Source: Azolla caroliniana
Taxonomy: Eukaryota > Plantae > Polypodiophyta
Assembly: GCA_043228905.1 (NCBI GenBank)
Contig: JBHGNT010000013.1
Span: forward strand, 12,896,001-12,960,000
Length of the DNA: 64,000 nucleotides
Reading direction: 5' to 3'
Every line of letters begins with the position of its first letter. The first letter of the stretch is position 1. This document shows, one piece after another, positions 23,605-36,424 of this stretch. The position numbers and the translations under genes were made by a program. The notes beneath the pieces are model-generated. The model did not search any database. It saw only the letters and a list, made by a program, of their open reading frames with translations, and was not told where the DNA came from.

Positions 23605-26600
23605 AAATGTCTGATAAAAGCGAAACCAAAGAATCCTTGTACCATAAGTAGGAAGTTTTGTTTCTCCAATAACGGAGGGTGTACAATAGTCGGTGTCATA
23701 GGTCGAGAAAAGACAAGGGCGGAAGAGCAACTTTGGGCGTGCGGAGTTCTCGGGCCCGGCAAGGAAATCAACGGAGCCGTGGAGGCGGTCTCCTTCGACG
23801 ATACCTTGGGAATACTGCGAGAGGTGGTCGGAGAGGGCCTTAAAGAGGACGGACGATACCGGTTTGTTCGGAAGAGATGTATGGAGTCATCGCGGACTTC
23901 AGTCGGGGGCTCGAGTCGGATCGGATGGCCCGGGTAAACACGAAGTACAAGACTGCGGAACGGAAGGTAAGGCCAGTTGTGGCACCCTTATTGGAGGGCA
24001 GCGAGTTACGAATCAAGGGGGTCGCGTCGGACCCCAGTTTACGTGATCTGGCCTGCATAGGACACACCTTCACCGACAGAACGCTACGGGAGCTCAAAAT
24101 CGGTGGGGGTGAGTTCCTACTGCCGGCGGAAGAAGACCGGTTTCGGAGAATGCTCGGAAGCCACGGGAAAGCCTTCGCATTCTCGCCGGAAGAAATCGGG
24201 TGCGTAGACCCAACAGTCGTGAAGCCGATGGTGATATTCACGGTACCGCATGTACCATGGAATCTCAAACCAATTTCGGTACCGAGAGCTCACATCCCGG
24301 TGCTGATGGAGCTATTAAGGCAGAAAGTTGATATGGGCATCCTCGAACCATCGAGTGCCCCGTACTCGAACCGGTGGTTTACTGTACCGAAGAAGAACGG
24401 GACGTTGCGCTTCATTCAAGACCTGCAGCCGGTCAACAGAGTGACCATTCGGAACGCAGGAATCGGACCAACGATAGACGAGTTCGCGGAGGCCTTCGCC
24501 AGAAGGTCGATCTACTCGGTCAATGATCTGTACTCGGGGTACGATCAGTTCCAACTAGCCGTAGAGAGCAGATACATTACGACGATGGAGACTCCTCTCG
24601 GCCTAATGCGGATGTGCACCCTGCCGCAAGGAGGGACGAACTCGGTGGCCCACATGGTGAATGCGATGAACAAGGTGCTGAGGGATTGTATCCCGGACAT
24701 CACCATGCCATTCTTGGATGACATCCCAATCAAGGGATGCCCGGTGGAGGAAAAGGACAAAACGATCGGACCGGATGGATGCCGGAAATTCGTGGCAACA
24801 CACATTGACGACTGCGAGAGGGTGCTGCAAAGGCTAGAGGACGCGAGGCTCACCTTCTCTGGGGAAAAATCGGCCTTCGGGCAATCAGAGATCATGGTCG
24901 TCGGACATCTATGCGGAGCATATGGCCGGAAACCGTCTCCGGCTAAGGTGGAAGCCATCTCCGCTATGAAGCCCGACTATAACTCGGTCACGGAGGTACG
25001 GAGGTTCTTGGGAGCATGTGCGTTCTACCACATATGGATCCCGCATTACGCCCACGTTGCCGAGCCGCTATACGGGTTGCTGAAAAAGGGGCGAAAATTC
25101 GAGTGGCGAGACGAGCATGCGGAGTCGGTCCGAAAGATGAAGGAGGCTCTTGCTGCAGCTCCGGCACTCCGGAAGGTTGTCTACGAGAAAGGCACTCCCA
25201 TCTACATAACGGTAGATACGAGTCCGACCGGAATCGGATGGGTCGTCAACCAAGAAGATGAGGACAGCATTCGGTTCCCAATCCGGTTCGGTGCGAAGGT
25301 CCTCAGTGAGCGACAACGAGGATACGACTAGGTTAAACGCGAACTCTGGGGTATCGTTTCGGCGGTGAAGGCCGATAAAGACTATCTGATTGGGACAAAG
25401 GTGATTATCGAGATGGACTGCCTGCCGATTCTCGGCATGGTTTCTGGATGCGCAACGCCGAACCTGGAAATGCTCAGGTGGATCTGGAAATACGACACAT
25501 TTCCGGGAAAGACAATGCCATGGCCGACATGCTTTCGAGGGCGCGATTCGACGACGAGGGCAGCATGGTTTCGGAGGACGAGGAAGTCGGCGTAGACTTC
25601 TTCGAGGCGGCTTACGTAACAACCGAGGGGGGAAGCACTCCGGCGCTTAACGATTTCAATGAGAGCAAGTACGATGGGGAGTGGTTGCAGATTCGGGAAT
25701 TCTTAAGGACAATGATGCCTGACGCATCGTGGACAAGGGACGAGGCCAACCGGATCCGGAAGAAAGCGTACCGGTTCTTTCTCCGGGATGGATTCTTGTG
25801 GAAGCACCCGAAGAAGAGGGACGAAATCCCGCTCCGAGTAGTGGCGATGAAGGAGGAACAGGAGGAATTGCTGAAAGCCTATCATGACAGCCCTTGGGCT
25901 AGGCACCGTGGGACGTGGGCCACGTTCAAGAAGCTGAAGGGGAAGTACTTGTGGCCGGGACTGTACCGGGACGTGCATCGGTTCGTGACAACTTGTGAGA
26001 GCTGTCAGATGCACTCCGTAATCCAACATCGGGACGAGCTTCACCCCACTTACCCTCCGGCCATCCACTTCAAATGGATGGTAGATTTGGTGACGATGCC
26101 GATGGGCGTAGGGCAGATGCGATATCTGGTGCTGGCCCGGGATGACCTGACGAACCAGGTTGAGGCCGAGCCCTGCAGAACAAAACGATCGCGGCCATGT
26201 GTCGGTTCTTGATCGAGGACGTGATATGCCGGTATGGGTGCGTCGGAAAGATCGTGGCTGACCGCGGGGAGTTGGACGCCGAAGAGGCCGAGGAGTTGTT
26301 CAACCGGTTGGGGGTCAAGCTCTCACTCACCACAGCGTAAATCCCGAGGCAAACGGGAAGGTAGAGCGCGGGCACGGGCCAATCGTCAAAGCGCTAGTCC
26401 GGGCATGCGGAGGCCAGGTCGGGAACTAGCCACGGCTGTTACCTTATGCCTTGTGGGCGGACCGGACAACGCACAACTCGGTAACCGGGTTCATGCCGTC
26501 AGAGCTCATGTTCGGATAGAAGCCGATCATGCCGATGGAACGGACGATCTCCTCTTGGGCGACAATAGACTGGAGTGATGAAATGAGTCGGGAAGAACTG

Positions 26601-27050
26601 CTCGCGGCGCGTATACGGCAGCTCGAGCGGAGGCCAGAGGACGTGGAACGAGTGGCGGAGAGACTTTGGGCGGCGAGGATGAAGAACAAAGCCCGGTTCG
26701 ACCGGACGCACCGGCTCCGACCAAAGAAAATCGAGGAAGGCGATTGGGTGCTAGTCTACGACAGCAGCCTCGACAACCAGCACCGAGCAATACGGAAGTT
26801 TGCAAAGCGGTGGTTCGGGCCTTACGTGGTAACGGGCGCCAACGACAATGGGACGTATCACCTGGCGAAACTTGACGGTACAAGGATGGCGATGCCGGTA
26901 GTAGGGAAGCGGGTCAAGGCGTTCAAGAAATGCCACGACGACGAACCGGATCTAAGAGGCCTAGGCAGCGAAGACGAACAGTCCGAAACGGAGGGCGAAC
27001 CGATGGACGAGGAACCGGAACCTGAACCGTTTTTCTCCAACCAGAACCCA
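23549..27050 (+). pseudogene. pol: Element X pol (RT-RNase H-integrase)
   Basis: 484-aa ORF 23877-25331 with DLYSGYDQ, LPQG, FLDDI; integrase HHCC and GPY motifs downstream. Confidence 0.93.
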
Positions 27051-27741
27051 AATTTGGCGCATACCGGTGGATGCACGGTTAAGTGGGGGCGGATGTCGTG
27101 AAGAAAACCGTCCCCTGGCGTAATCGGTGAATAGCACACAGGAACCGGCCCTTCACGTGTGCGCGCTCTTAATGTATATAATAGAGAATTAGGTACAGAG
27201 AGAGATCCGGGGTAGTTAGATTCGGTAGGTAGGAAGTAAATGAGGGAGACGGCTCCCCTCTTGACGCTATAAAGGAGAGGGAGACGCAGGGAGAGAGGAT
27301 AGCGCATTGAGGAGGACGAAGTGCTGTCGGACCGGAACCGAACGCTTCTCCTCTGTTTGTTCTCTGTTGCCCTTCTCTGCAGGTTTCGGGAGGCTCGCGC
27401 TGCTTCGAGGAACGCCTGTGTGCTTCCGGCAGCACCTCCATCCTATTCCCATTTCGTGCGTAGACGAACAGGCATCTGCATCTGTCCGCCGGCCTGTTTG
27501 GTTGTAGCCGCTCGCGTGTTCTGCTGTGTACTCGTTATTCGTTAATATACAAACACTTGTTTCTTCCTATCTCTGTGTCCATTCGCGTCTTCTGTGTTGA
27601 CGGGCCACGCCCCTATGTTTCTTTGCTCATACGTGACCGGGCGTCTCTCTCCTTCTCTTTCCCCTTCTATCACCTGCTCTTCGGTTCAAGACCCCGGTGA
27701 TCCTGCCTTGTTTCTCCGCGCACGCGCGTAACAACGCGACA

Positions 27742-30416
27742 CCGCGTGACAGGATCCTTCTGGCGGGTGGACCGGCGTAACTCACCGTTACCCGGTTTAA
27801 GGCCTTGCTTGGCCGGTTCGGTCTTCGTTGTCGAAGATCCTCCTTTCTCCTTGTTGGAGTCGGATGCACACCAATCCGACTCATCGTTGCCGGTTTCGAA
27901 TTCCGACATCTTTTTCTTCCCTTTCTCTTTGCGCGTGAACCGTCTCCTCGGTTCCTTGCGCGGGGAGAGCACGACAGAGTCTCCACAACTCGCTGGTTTC
28001 TCTTCGGACTGGTCAGATTGACTTAGTGTCTCGTTCGGCCCACTCAACCGAAACGATTCCAGACTCTCATCCTGAGTCCACGCTTCATCATCATCTACCT
28101 GGGCCGGTTTAGGCTCACTAGCCTCATCCTCCAGCATCGGGTCAGATTCGGAAGTTGGAGCCGGTAAGGAGTACCACGATGCCGATTCATCGAACTCGAC
28201 ATCTCGACTAACTCGGACCTACTTTGTCCGAGGCTTATAACACTTATAACCCTTTTGCTCTTTAGCATAGCTGACTAGGATGCATTTTTCCGATTTTGCA
28301 TCCAGCTTCCTCCGCTTCTCATCCGGTACATGCACATATGCAATGCTACCGAAGATCTTAAGGTGTCTAAAATTTGGCTTGCGCCCGAAATACAACTCGT
28401 GGGCTGACACTTTGTCACCGATCCAGTTCTGGATGTAAACAACCGTTAGGACTGCCTCTGCCCAATAGAATTTGGGCATGCTCTTCTCCTCCAGCATTGC
28501 CCTTGCCGCATCAATAAGCGACCGGTTCTTCCTTTCGGCAACACCGTTCTGTTGTGGTGTGTATCTGCAGCTGAACTCTCGCCGAATTCCCTTTTGCTGC
28601 AGATAACTATTGAATTGGCCGGAAAAGTATTCTTTCCTGCCATCTGACCGCAGGCATTTGACCTTCCTCTCCGATTCCCATTCCACCATGCTTTGGAGAC
28701 TCCGGAAACACTCAAAGACTTCACTCTTCCGCTCAATGAGGTAGATCCATGTGTGCCGCGTATAGTCGTCAATGAAGGAGACGAAATATCGACTCCTACC
28801 AAGACTAACATTCTATGCCGGTCCCCACACATCTGAATGGATAAGGTCGAGCTTGTTACGGCTCCGGTTACGTTCGGTAGGGAATGGAAGCTGGTGTTGC
28901 TTCCCGAGTTGGCAGGCTTCACATACTTGGGCCTTCCGGCCGCTGAACTTCGGCAAACCGAAAACAACTTGTTTCGTTTGCAGGTCTTGAAGCCTCCGGT
29001 AATTGACGTGGCCTATCCGCTTGTGCCACAGGTCGATATCCGATTCGATCTTCTGTCCTTTTGCAAACATAGTGGTGCCGACGTCATTGGTGTCGAGGAT
29101 AAACATCCTCCCGTCTCTGCGCCCTGCGCAATAATCTGGCCCTCTTCCTCGATGAAGCACCCGAGGTGCGTAAACCGCACCTGCATCCCTTGGTCGACGA
29201 TCTGTTCGACCGACACCAGGTTCTTCGTGATTGTCGGAACGTGTAATACGTTCATCAGCTTCCCCTTCTGTCTGACGTGGCTCAAAGGGACTTCTCCGAC
29301 GTGCACCATTGGGTGAGGAGTGTCATCTCCGGTTTCGACTACTCCTTGTTGATCCGGTTTCTCCAAAAAGGAGAACCACTCTTTTTGGCTCGTAATGTGG
29401 TTCGACGCACCGGAATCAACATACCACACTTCCTCTAATTTGGAAGTGGTCTTCTTCATCGAGTTCGCCTCGTGCTTCATCACCAAGGCTGGCCCGTTAC
29501 CGTTCTTGGATCCTCTCGATCCCTTCGCGTAGTGCGAGCTTTGCCGGCCATCCTTGCCGGCCTTGGCGGATCCAGATTTGTCCGAATCAGCGCGTTTTCT
29601 CCAGCTCTCACTTTCTCTGTGGCCCTTCTTGCCACAGTACCAGCACTCCGTTGTAGTCTTCTCTTGTCGTCTTCCGGCACCGCCTTGACTCCCCCTGCCT
29701 GTGGAAGTCCCGGGACTGCTGTCGGCACATTCTCTGTGCCTTCGTTCTTGCTCTTGCTGGCCGCCTCCATTGCGTGCCGACCCGCCTCGTCCACCACGCC
29801 CATAGAACCGATCCGCCTCCGTGTACAACATCTAGTTGTCAGTGGGTGCGCTAGTTGACGCACCGGCATGGTTCTCCTCTACAAGGAGCATCGACTGTAA
29901 GTCAAAGAATGACGCGTATTCTCCCTTGTACATATCGCCATTCGGAACACTCTGAACTTAGACCTATACCATCTCGTCTTCCTCTACGGTAACATTGATG
30001 GAGACAAGCGAGTCATAGATCTCTTTGATCCGGGCCGTGTAATCCGCCACTGACTTGTCCTTCTGTCAGACATTGCTCAACTCCTGTTGGAGTTGCAGCT
30101 TCCGGGCGGTCGTACTTACAGCGAAAACCTTCTTCAGGTTTCCCCAAGCCTCTTTCGGCGTCTTGGCGTCTCGGATGTGGCTCAGCAGCTAGTCTCTGAC
30201 ACTGGACGCGAAGCAGTACATTACTCTGCTTGCCGATTGTTCCCACACTGGGAAATCCTTATGTGCCGCATCAGGTGTTGTTTCGTTGGCTCCTTCGACG
30301 AAACTCCAGTAGCCATGCCCAAGCAGGTACTGGTGCATCTTGTACGACCAAAATGCGTAGTTGGATCTGTCGAGTTTCTCCACAGGGAGCGAGCTAGCCA
30401 TTCCTCTATCCATCAC
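27742..30416 (-). pseudogene. pol: Copia A gag-protease-integrase
   Basis: KLDRSNYAFW gag start, CWYCGKKGH, WYVDSGASNH, LWHKRIGH, HSDVWGP, TPQQNGVAERKNR. Confidence 0.92.
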
Positions 30417-30506
30417 TTCTCTGTCTGTTGTTCTTACGACCTATTACGGTTTGCTTTCAAGCATTTTTCGGCGGTAGAGGTTCTCAACCCTCGCGCTCTG
30501 ATACCA

Positions 30507-30768
30507 TGTAAACGATTACTTGCGGAAGCGTTAGAAAACAGAGAAAGTAGAGAATACACAAAGTACACGGGAGAGACTGAGAGAGAGCAGAACGTAAAGG
30601 CTATATTCAAAACAATATATACACTCTGTTATTACAATTGTGCTCAGTAGCACTATTTATACAAGTCCTTGTGGAACTGACAAAAGTACCGCGTACTTCA
30701 ATGCTCACACGAACATCTGACACTTACTACGAGACTATAACTGCCTAGTAGTCTAAACTAATACTAGG
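30507..30768 (-). repeat. Copia A 5' LTR, truncated
   Basis: Matches 7709-7970, then breaks into gypsy integrase. Confidence 0.88.
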
Positions 30769-33148
30769 TGCGGTACCTAGTGCTTGCGCGAGAGGACTTG
30801 GCGAATCAGGTGGAGGGTCGCGCCCTACAAAACAAGACAACCACGGTCGTGTGCCGGTTCCTGATCAAAGAGGTGGTATGTTGGTACGGGTGCGTAGGAA
30901 AGACAGTAGCTGACCGGGGAGAGCTGGATGCACAAGAAGCCGAAGAGTTGTTCGACCGATTAGGGGTTCAACTCTCCCTCACTACGGTGTACAACCCGGA
31001 GGCAAACGGGAAGGTAGAGCGCAGGCATAGGCAGATCGTGAAAGCATTAGTACACGTGTGAAGGTCAAGTTGGGAGTTGGCCACGGCTCCTACCTTACAC
31101 GCTATGGGCGGACCACACTACCCACAGTTCGGTGACCGGGTTCATGCCAGCGGAGCTGATGTACGGGCAGAAGTCGATCATTCCGGTGGAGCGAACGATT
31201 TCTTCCTGGGCCACAGTGGACTGGAAGGATGAGAAGAGCCAGGAGGAGCTGTTGGCAATGTGGATTCGACAACTCGAGTGAAGACCGGAGGATGTGGAAC
31301 GGGCTAAAGCGAAGCTGGACGCGGCGAGGGCGAGGAACAAGGGCCGGTTCGACCGAATGCACTGGCTACGACCGAAGAAGATCGAGGATGGCGATTGGGT
31401 GCTGGTTTATGACATCAGCCTCGACAATCAGCACAAGGCGACGCGGAAGTTTGTGAGGAGGTGGTTCGGGCCCTACACCATAAAGAGTGCAAACAACAAC
31501 GACACTTACCACCTCGCAGAGCTCGACGGGACGCGGATAGCAGTGCCGGTAGCCAGGAAGAGGATCAACGTTTTCAAGAAGCGGCATGAAGACGAGCCGG
31601 ACCCAAGAAGTGAGGACGTCGGTGACAACCAGTTCAAAGCGGGTGAAGTTTCGGAGAACGACGGGTGAATACGAGCCGGGTTTCTCCAACACTTATGACG
31701 GGAACTACAAGGCTCCTTATACGCACCGCTCGGCCACAACCGAGCTTAGAATCATACACAGAAAATGGGAAATAAAACGCACGACACAAACAAGAGAAGA
31801 GTACACAGGATGTTTATGTGGAAAACCCAAACTAGGGAAAAAACCACGGCAGCCCACAGGCTGCAAACTATCACTATGCTAGAATGTTCAACGTTGAGTT
31901 CACGGAGGCAACGACCTCGTGCTCACGATCTTCTCCACAAGCGGCGGTTACAACAGAGGCAGCGACCTCTTCCTCTCACTCTGTCTGTCTTTGTACACAA
32001 TTACGCGCTCTAATCTCGCGCAGACAAGAATAACAACAATAGTAACTATAAGTTTGCCCTAAGTCATATTTATACTAATATGACTTTTCGGCTATTTACA
32101 AATATAGCCTCCATGGACTCTCAAAAACATATTTACGAATATGTCTCTTCATCCGGTGAGAATTCCTCACTGGGTCTGCACCATCCGGCTCTCCGTAGCC
32201 GGGTACTCCTCATCCGGTTCTCACCGGGCCTGCACCATCCGGCTCTCCGTAGCCGGGTACTCCTCTTTCAGTTTAGGCCTCGGCCTGTCGGCCTCAGCCG
32301 AGATTGTTCGTCGGCACTGTTCTTCTCTCTTCCCATCCGGAGGGACCTATCTCCCAACAACTTATCCCTCTCTGGTGCATGCCGGAGGATGCAAAGTTTG
32401 GTGGGAGGCGATGTCATGGAGAAAACCGGCCTTAGGTGGAATCATGGGATTCGGCACGTGGAACGGCACTTATGCGTGTGCACTCAACCCCACACATTGT
32501 ACATAACTAGGAATAGGCTGGGGTGATGTGTATGTCATAGGGAGAATATATTAATAGGCTAGTAAATCGAAGTGGATCTCTGTCCGAAGGGACAAAGAAT
32601 AAAGGTGGTGTGACCGGGATGTAACGGTCCCTCCCCGGCGGCCTATAAAAGGGAAGGGGAGAAGACTGAAAGAGGTGTTTTTGGCAGGGGCGAGGTGTTG
32701 TCGGACTGGGAACCGAGCTCTCTCCTCCACTATCGTTGTTATCTGTAGGGTTTCTGAGTTGGTTGCCTTTACTTCGCGGAAGCCCGTGTGCTTTTCGGAA
32801 AAGGCTCTACTGTGTGTGTGCGGGCGCGTGATTGTCTGGGTTGGGTCTGTTGCTAGCTATCCGGTTGTAATCTTGCAAACACTGTAACCTTTACTATTAT
32901 AGGAATTGAATCTCTTGTTTCCCCCTCTCTCTGTGTTTCTGTGAGTCTCTCTTTTACACGAGTGTGCATCTTGCTCAGACGCGCAGTAGTGGTTCATTTG
33001 GCCAGCAAGTGTTGTCGGTTGCAAACGGGCCTACCCGGCCCAAAGCTTGCGCTCTTCTCCCGCTCTGCCTTCTTCTCTCTCTTTCTCCTCTGTTCAGCGT
33101 CCCCGCGGTCCCGCCTTATTTCCTACGTAAAAGCGGAACAACACGACA
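30769..33148 (+). mobile_element. Gypsy W integrase, PPT and 3' LTR (32412-33148), interrupted by a solo LTR
   Basis: YLVLAREDL, YNPEANGKVE, WFGPY; PPT GGTGGGAGGCGA; LTR TGTCATGGAGAAAACC...ACGACA. Confidence 0.85.
31696..32359 (-). mobile_element. Solo LTR of copia family B (664 bp)
   Basis: Reverse-complement homologue of 36425-37088; perfect 5-bp TSD ACTTA. Confidence 0.92.
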
Positions 33149-33266
33149 CCACGTCGACCTACTCCAAGTCATGTACAAAGTTATTAATGTACGCGTCCTC
33201 GTGTAAAGGGGACGGTTCATGCTCTTTATCCCTTAATTCCTCTTTAGGCCGGTTTTCTCCACGACA
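33149..33266 (-). repeat. LTR start fragment of the Trp-gypsy family in minus orientation
   Basis: Reverse complement begins TGTCGTGGAGAAAACCGGCCT. Confidence 0.7.
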
Positions 33267-34752
33267 CCGGTTTCAGCTTGTACACCCACTTGTTTCGGAG
33301 CGCTCTCTTTCCTTTCGGCATCTCCATCAATTCATATGTGTGGTTCTCATGTAGGGAATCCATCTCATCCTACATGGCAATTAACCACTTGTGGTTGTGG
33401 AAGCTTTCTAGCTCCCCGTCGTCGGCTAGTAAAACATGCTCTGCATCTGGAAATCTCTAGGAGGGCTTCTCTCTCTTAGAGGGTATCTACGTCCTTGATT
33501 TTCGGCCACCAGTTCTTCAGTTAGTTCTTAATCTAAATCTGATTCAAGGTCATGTCCGGTTCCGGCATCCGATCCTTCTTCAGTTGGTTCGGTTCTTTGT
33601 TTGAGTCTGATCGGTTCACTTTGATCTCCAATTCCCAGTTGGCGATGGTCTTGTCTTCCATAAAGACTATGTCCCCACTCCGGATCACTTTCTTTTCAGC
33701 TAGGCTCCACAACCGATAGCTGAACTCATCATCACCGTATCCAAGGAATATACACGGTTGTATTTTTGGGTCTACTTTTCCCCGTTTATCCTTTGCAATG
33801 TGCATATAAGTGAGACAACCAAACACTTTTAGATGCTGGTAAGAAACATCTTTACCGGTCCATTCTCTCTGTGGTGTGTCTCCGTCCAAGGGCACTGAGG
33901 GTGATTTGTTTATCACGTACATCGTCATCGTCAACGCCTTGGCCCAAAACGTCTTGGACAACTTGGCATGTGCGAGCATACTCCAGAGTCTCTCCATTAC
34001 GGTCTGGTTCATTCTCTCGACCAATCCGTTTAGTCTGGTGTCTTCGGCACAATGAACTCAAGTTGGATTCCCTTCGACTGGCAATACTCCTCGAACTGCC
34101 CTCGGTATTTGCCTCCGTTGTCCACTCGAACAACCTTGACCTTCCGACTGGTTTCTCTTTCTACTCTTGCATGGAACTCCTTGAAGACAGACAATATTGG
34201 GTCCTTAGTCTTCAGCGTGGATACCCACAACTTCCGGCTATGGTCATCTATGAACGTCACAAAATACTGCGATCTGGCATGTGACTTCATGTCCATCGAG
34301 CATACGTCGGTATGCATGAACTCAAGCGGTGACTTCCGTCTCATCGTTGGTCTTGACCGAAAAGAGGTTCGGTTCTACTTACCAGCCAAACAATCAGTGC
34401 ACTTCTCAAGTTGCACATTCTTTACCTCCGAAATGAGGTTGTCATCAGCCAATCTTCTCATCCCTTTCTGTCTCATGTGGCATAGCCTCTTGTGCCATGA
34501 CTCACCGGTAGTGTTGGATCCATGTTCACTTCCTCCCGGAATATCCGGGCATGCATCAGATACAATGTGTTGATCTTCCGAGCTCAGGCCATGATCAGGC
34601 TTCCTCTACAAAACTTCATTGTGTCATTCCGGATGCTATCGGTGTAGACTTCATCATCTAGCTGACTGGTTGATATCGGGTTCAGTCGAACCTCCGAAAC
34701 GTATCAGACATCTTTCAACAGCAGTTTACACCCGGTTGACGTTGCCAGCCAC
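33267..34752 (-). pseudogene. pol: Copia B-like pol fragment (end of PR, integrase, RT start)
   Basis: HTDVC, YFVTFIDDHSRKLW, ERMNQT, PCIFLGYGDDEF; collinear with 38160-39760. Confidence 0.88.
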
Positions 34753-35481
34753 TGTTGTCCGCCGGAATAGTAACCGACGAACAAAAGCGTAGGAATAAGA
34801 AATTATATAAGAGCATAACGCATGTAACGGTTCACGCAGGAAGCGTGAACGGCTAATTAGACCCTGCATATATAAAGGGCAGAAAACCTCTGATGGAGGT
34901 GCGTGTAATTTTGGGGAATGTAAAGAAACGCCTGATAATAGAATTCTATCTTCTCTGATTTTCTGTGTATAGCTACGGCTAGTTCAGTGTGGGTGTCTTG
35001 AATACTTAAGCGTTGTAGTACGTAAGTGTAACCCTTAATAAGGATTCGGTTGTAGCAGTCTTCCCTTATACGCTGATAGGTTACAAGGGTTCTTCCCTTA
35101 CGCATTACGCTTAAACACCTGTTCGTTGTTCCACACCCACTTTGAGGTCTAGGTCCAAGGACTGACCGCGAACCGTGTTCCTAAACGGCAACACTTTTGG
35201 CATGCTTGGTGATCTATGTTTCCTCACAGACGAGCAACAACGAATGGATGTTTAGCCGCAGACGACCCAGAGAACCAACACGACAAGACCGGCCAATAAC
35301 AAGGTCCGTCACACGCCAGGCAGAAGAACGCGCACGGCAAAGGCCGCACCTCAGCAACCTCAGTACTACCTGCCGTGAGTGCAAAGGGGATTCTTCGCTC
35401 CCCAAATACCTCGACGAGACGCGGGGACCACGTTCACCACAGCCACCCTGTGGTCTTTCCCGATCCACCGTAGCTCCCACT

Positions 35482-36424
35482 ATGGCCTTTGCCTACCCCC
35501 GCTTTAACGACGAAACTGATTCCGCAACGCATATTCGCATGTTCCTGAATGTTTGGAATGCAAACCACATGGTGCAGAATCTCTCCGAGACGGTGGCACA
35601 CCAGTCGAAAATGACGGAGTTCGGATTAACACTAGATGGGTGTGCGGCGTTTTGGCATTCACAGATGGATTTACCAGCCATAACAACCTTCAATCAGCTG
35701 TAGTCCGCTTTCTTGCGATTCTTCCATCGGAGGGTTCCACAACACAAGATTCTCGGGCAGTTTTTTACAATTAAGCAACTACCGACCGAGACGATAGCGG
35801 ACTTCAGCTTACGTTTCCAAAATTTACGACGGAAACTAAAACGAAGCCCCGCGGAGGAAGAGGCTTGGGAAACATTTCTGGCAGCTTTACGCCGGCCCAT
35901 CTGGGCAACGCTCAACAACAATAGCGTGAAAGGGGAAACGTTGGATATGGTAATTGAACGAGCGTTACAGGTCGAGTTGGATGACGAGGAGGAAAGGTTT
36001 TCTATGTCCTCCTTACGACAAGTGTTACCTCGGGATGAGGAACGCCAATTTCGTCAAGCAATCCAGTGCACGATTTGCTTGAACTCGGGGCATTCCGTAT
36101 TGGAGTGCAATATGCGAATCCACTGCCCAATCTGCCACTCAAAGGCTCACACAGTCGACCAATGCGAGTACAATATGTTAAACAGAGCCACTCCCGCAGT
36201 CCACAGCATGGACACACAACGTCAACCGCACCGGGCTGAACAAAGGAGGCAAGAAGACCGACCCCGGTATAAGGATCGCAACCCGCGGGAGGACCGGTAC
36301 AACCAGAATCGCTGGAATCACAACGATTCCGAGGAGGACGACCCAGAGGACGAGGATTATCGTGGACATCTGAGTTACGCCAAAGGGGGTCGGCGCTACG
36401 AGAATCAACTACCAACAAACAAAC
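35482..36424 (+). pseudogene. gag: gag of the Athila/Tat-like element (continues at 42071-42530)
   Basis: Retrotrans_gag-like QLPTETIADFSLRF; knuckles CTICLNSGHSVLEC and CPICHSKAH; CFICQQPGHYATQC after the insertion. Confidence 0.8.

Larger units (their letters stand above)
13894..27741 (+). mobile_element. Full-length Ty3/gypsy element X (Trp-primed), interrupted by element Y
   Basis: LTRs 13894-14401 (about 140 bp shorter) and 27094-27741; PBS 14406-14422; PPT; 4-bp TSD CCGC; gag-PR-RT-RH-INT in 21516-27050. Confidence 0.93.
7709..30768 (-). mobile_element. Ty1/copia element A (Met-primed), carrying nested insertions at 8892-12434 and 13894-27741; 5' LTR truncated
   Basis: LTRs 7709-8124 and 30507-30768; PBS TGGTATCAGAGC at 30495-30506; PPT at 8125-8135; gag-PR-INT-RT-RH order on the minus strand. 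Confidence 0.93.
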
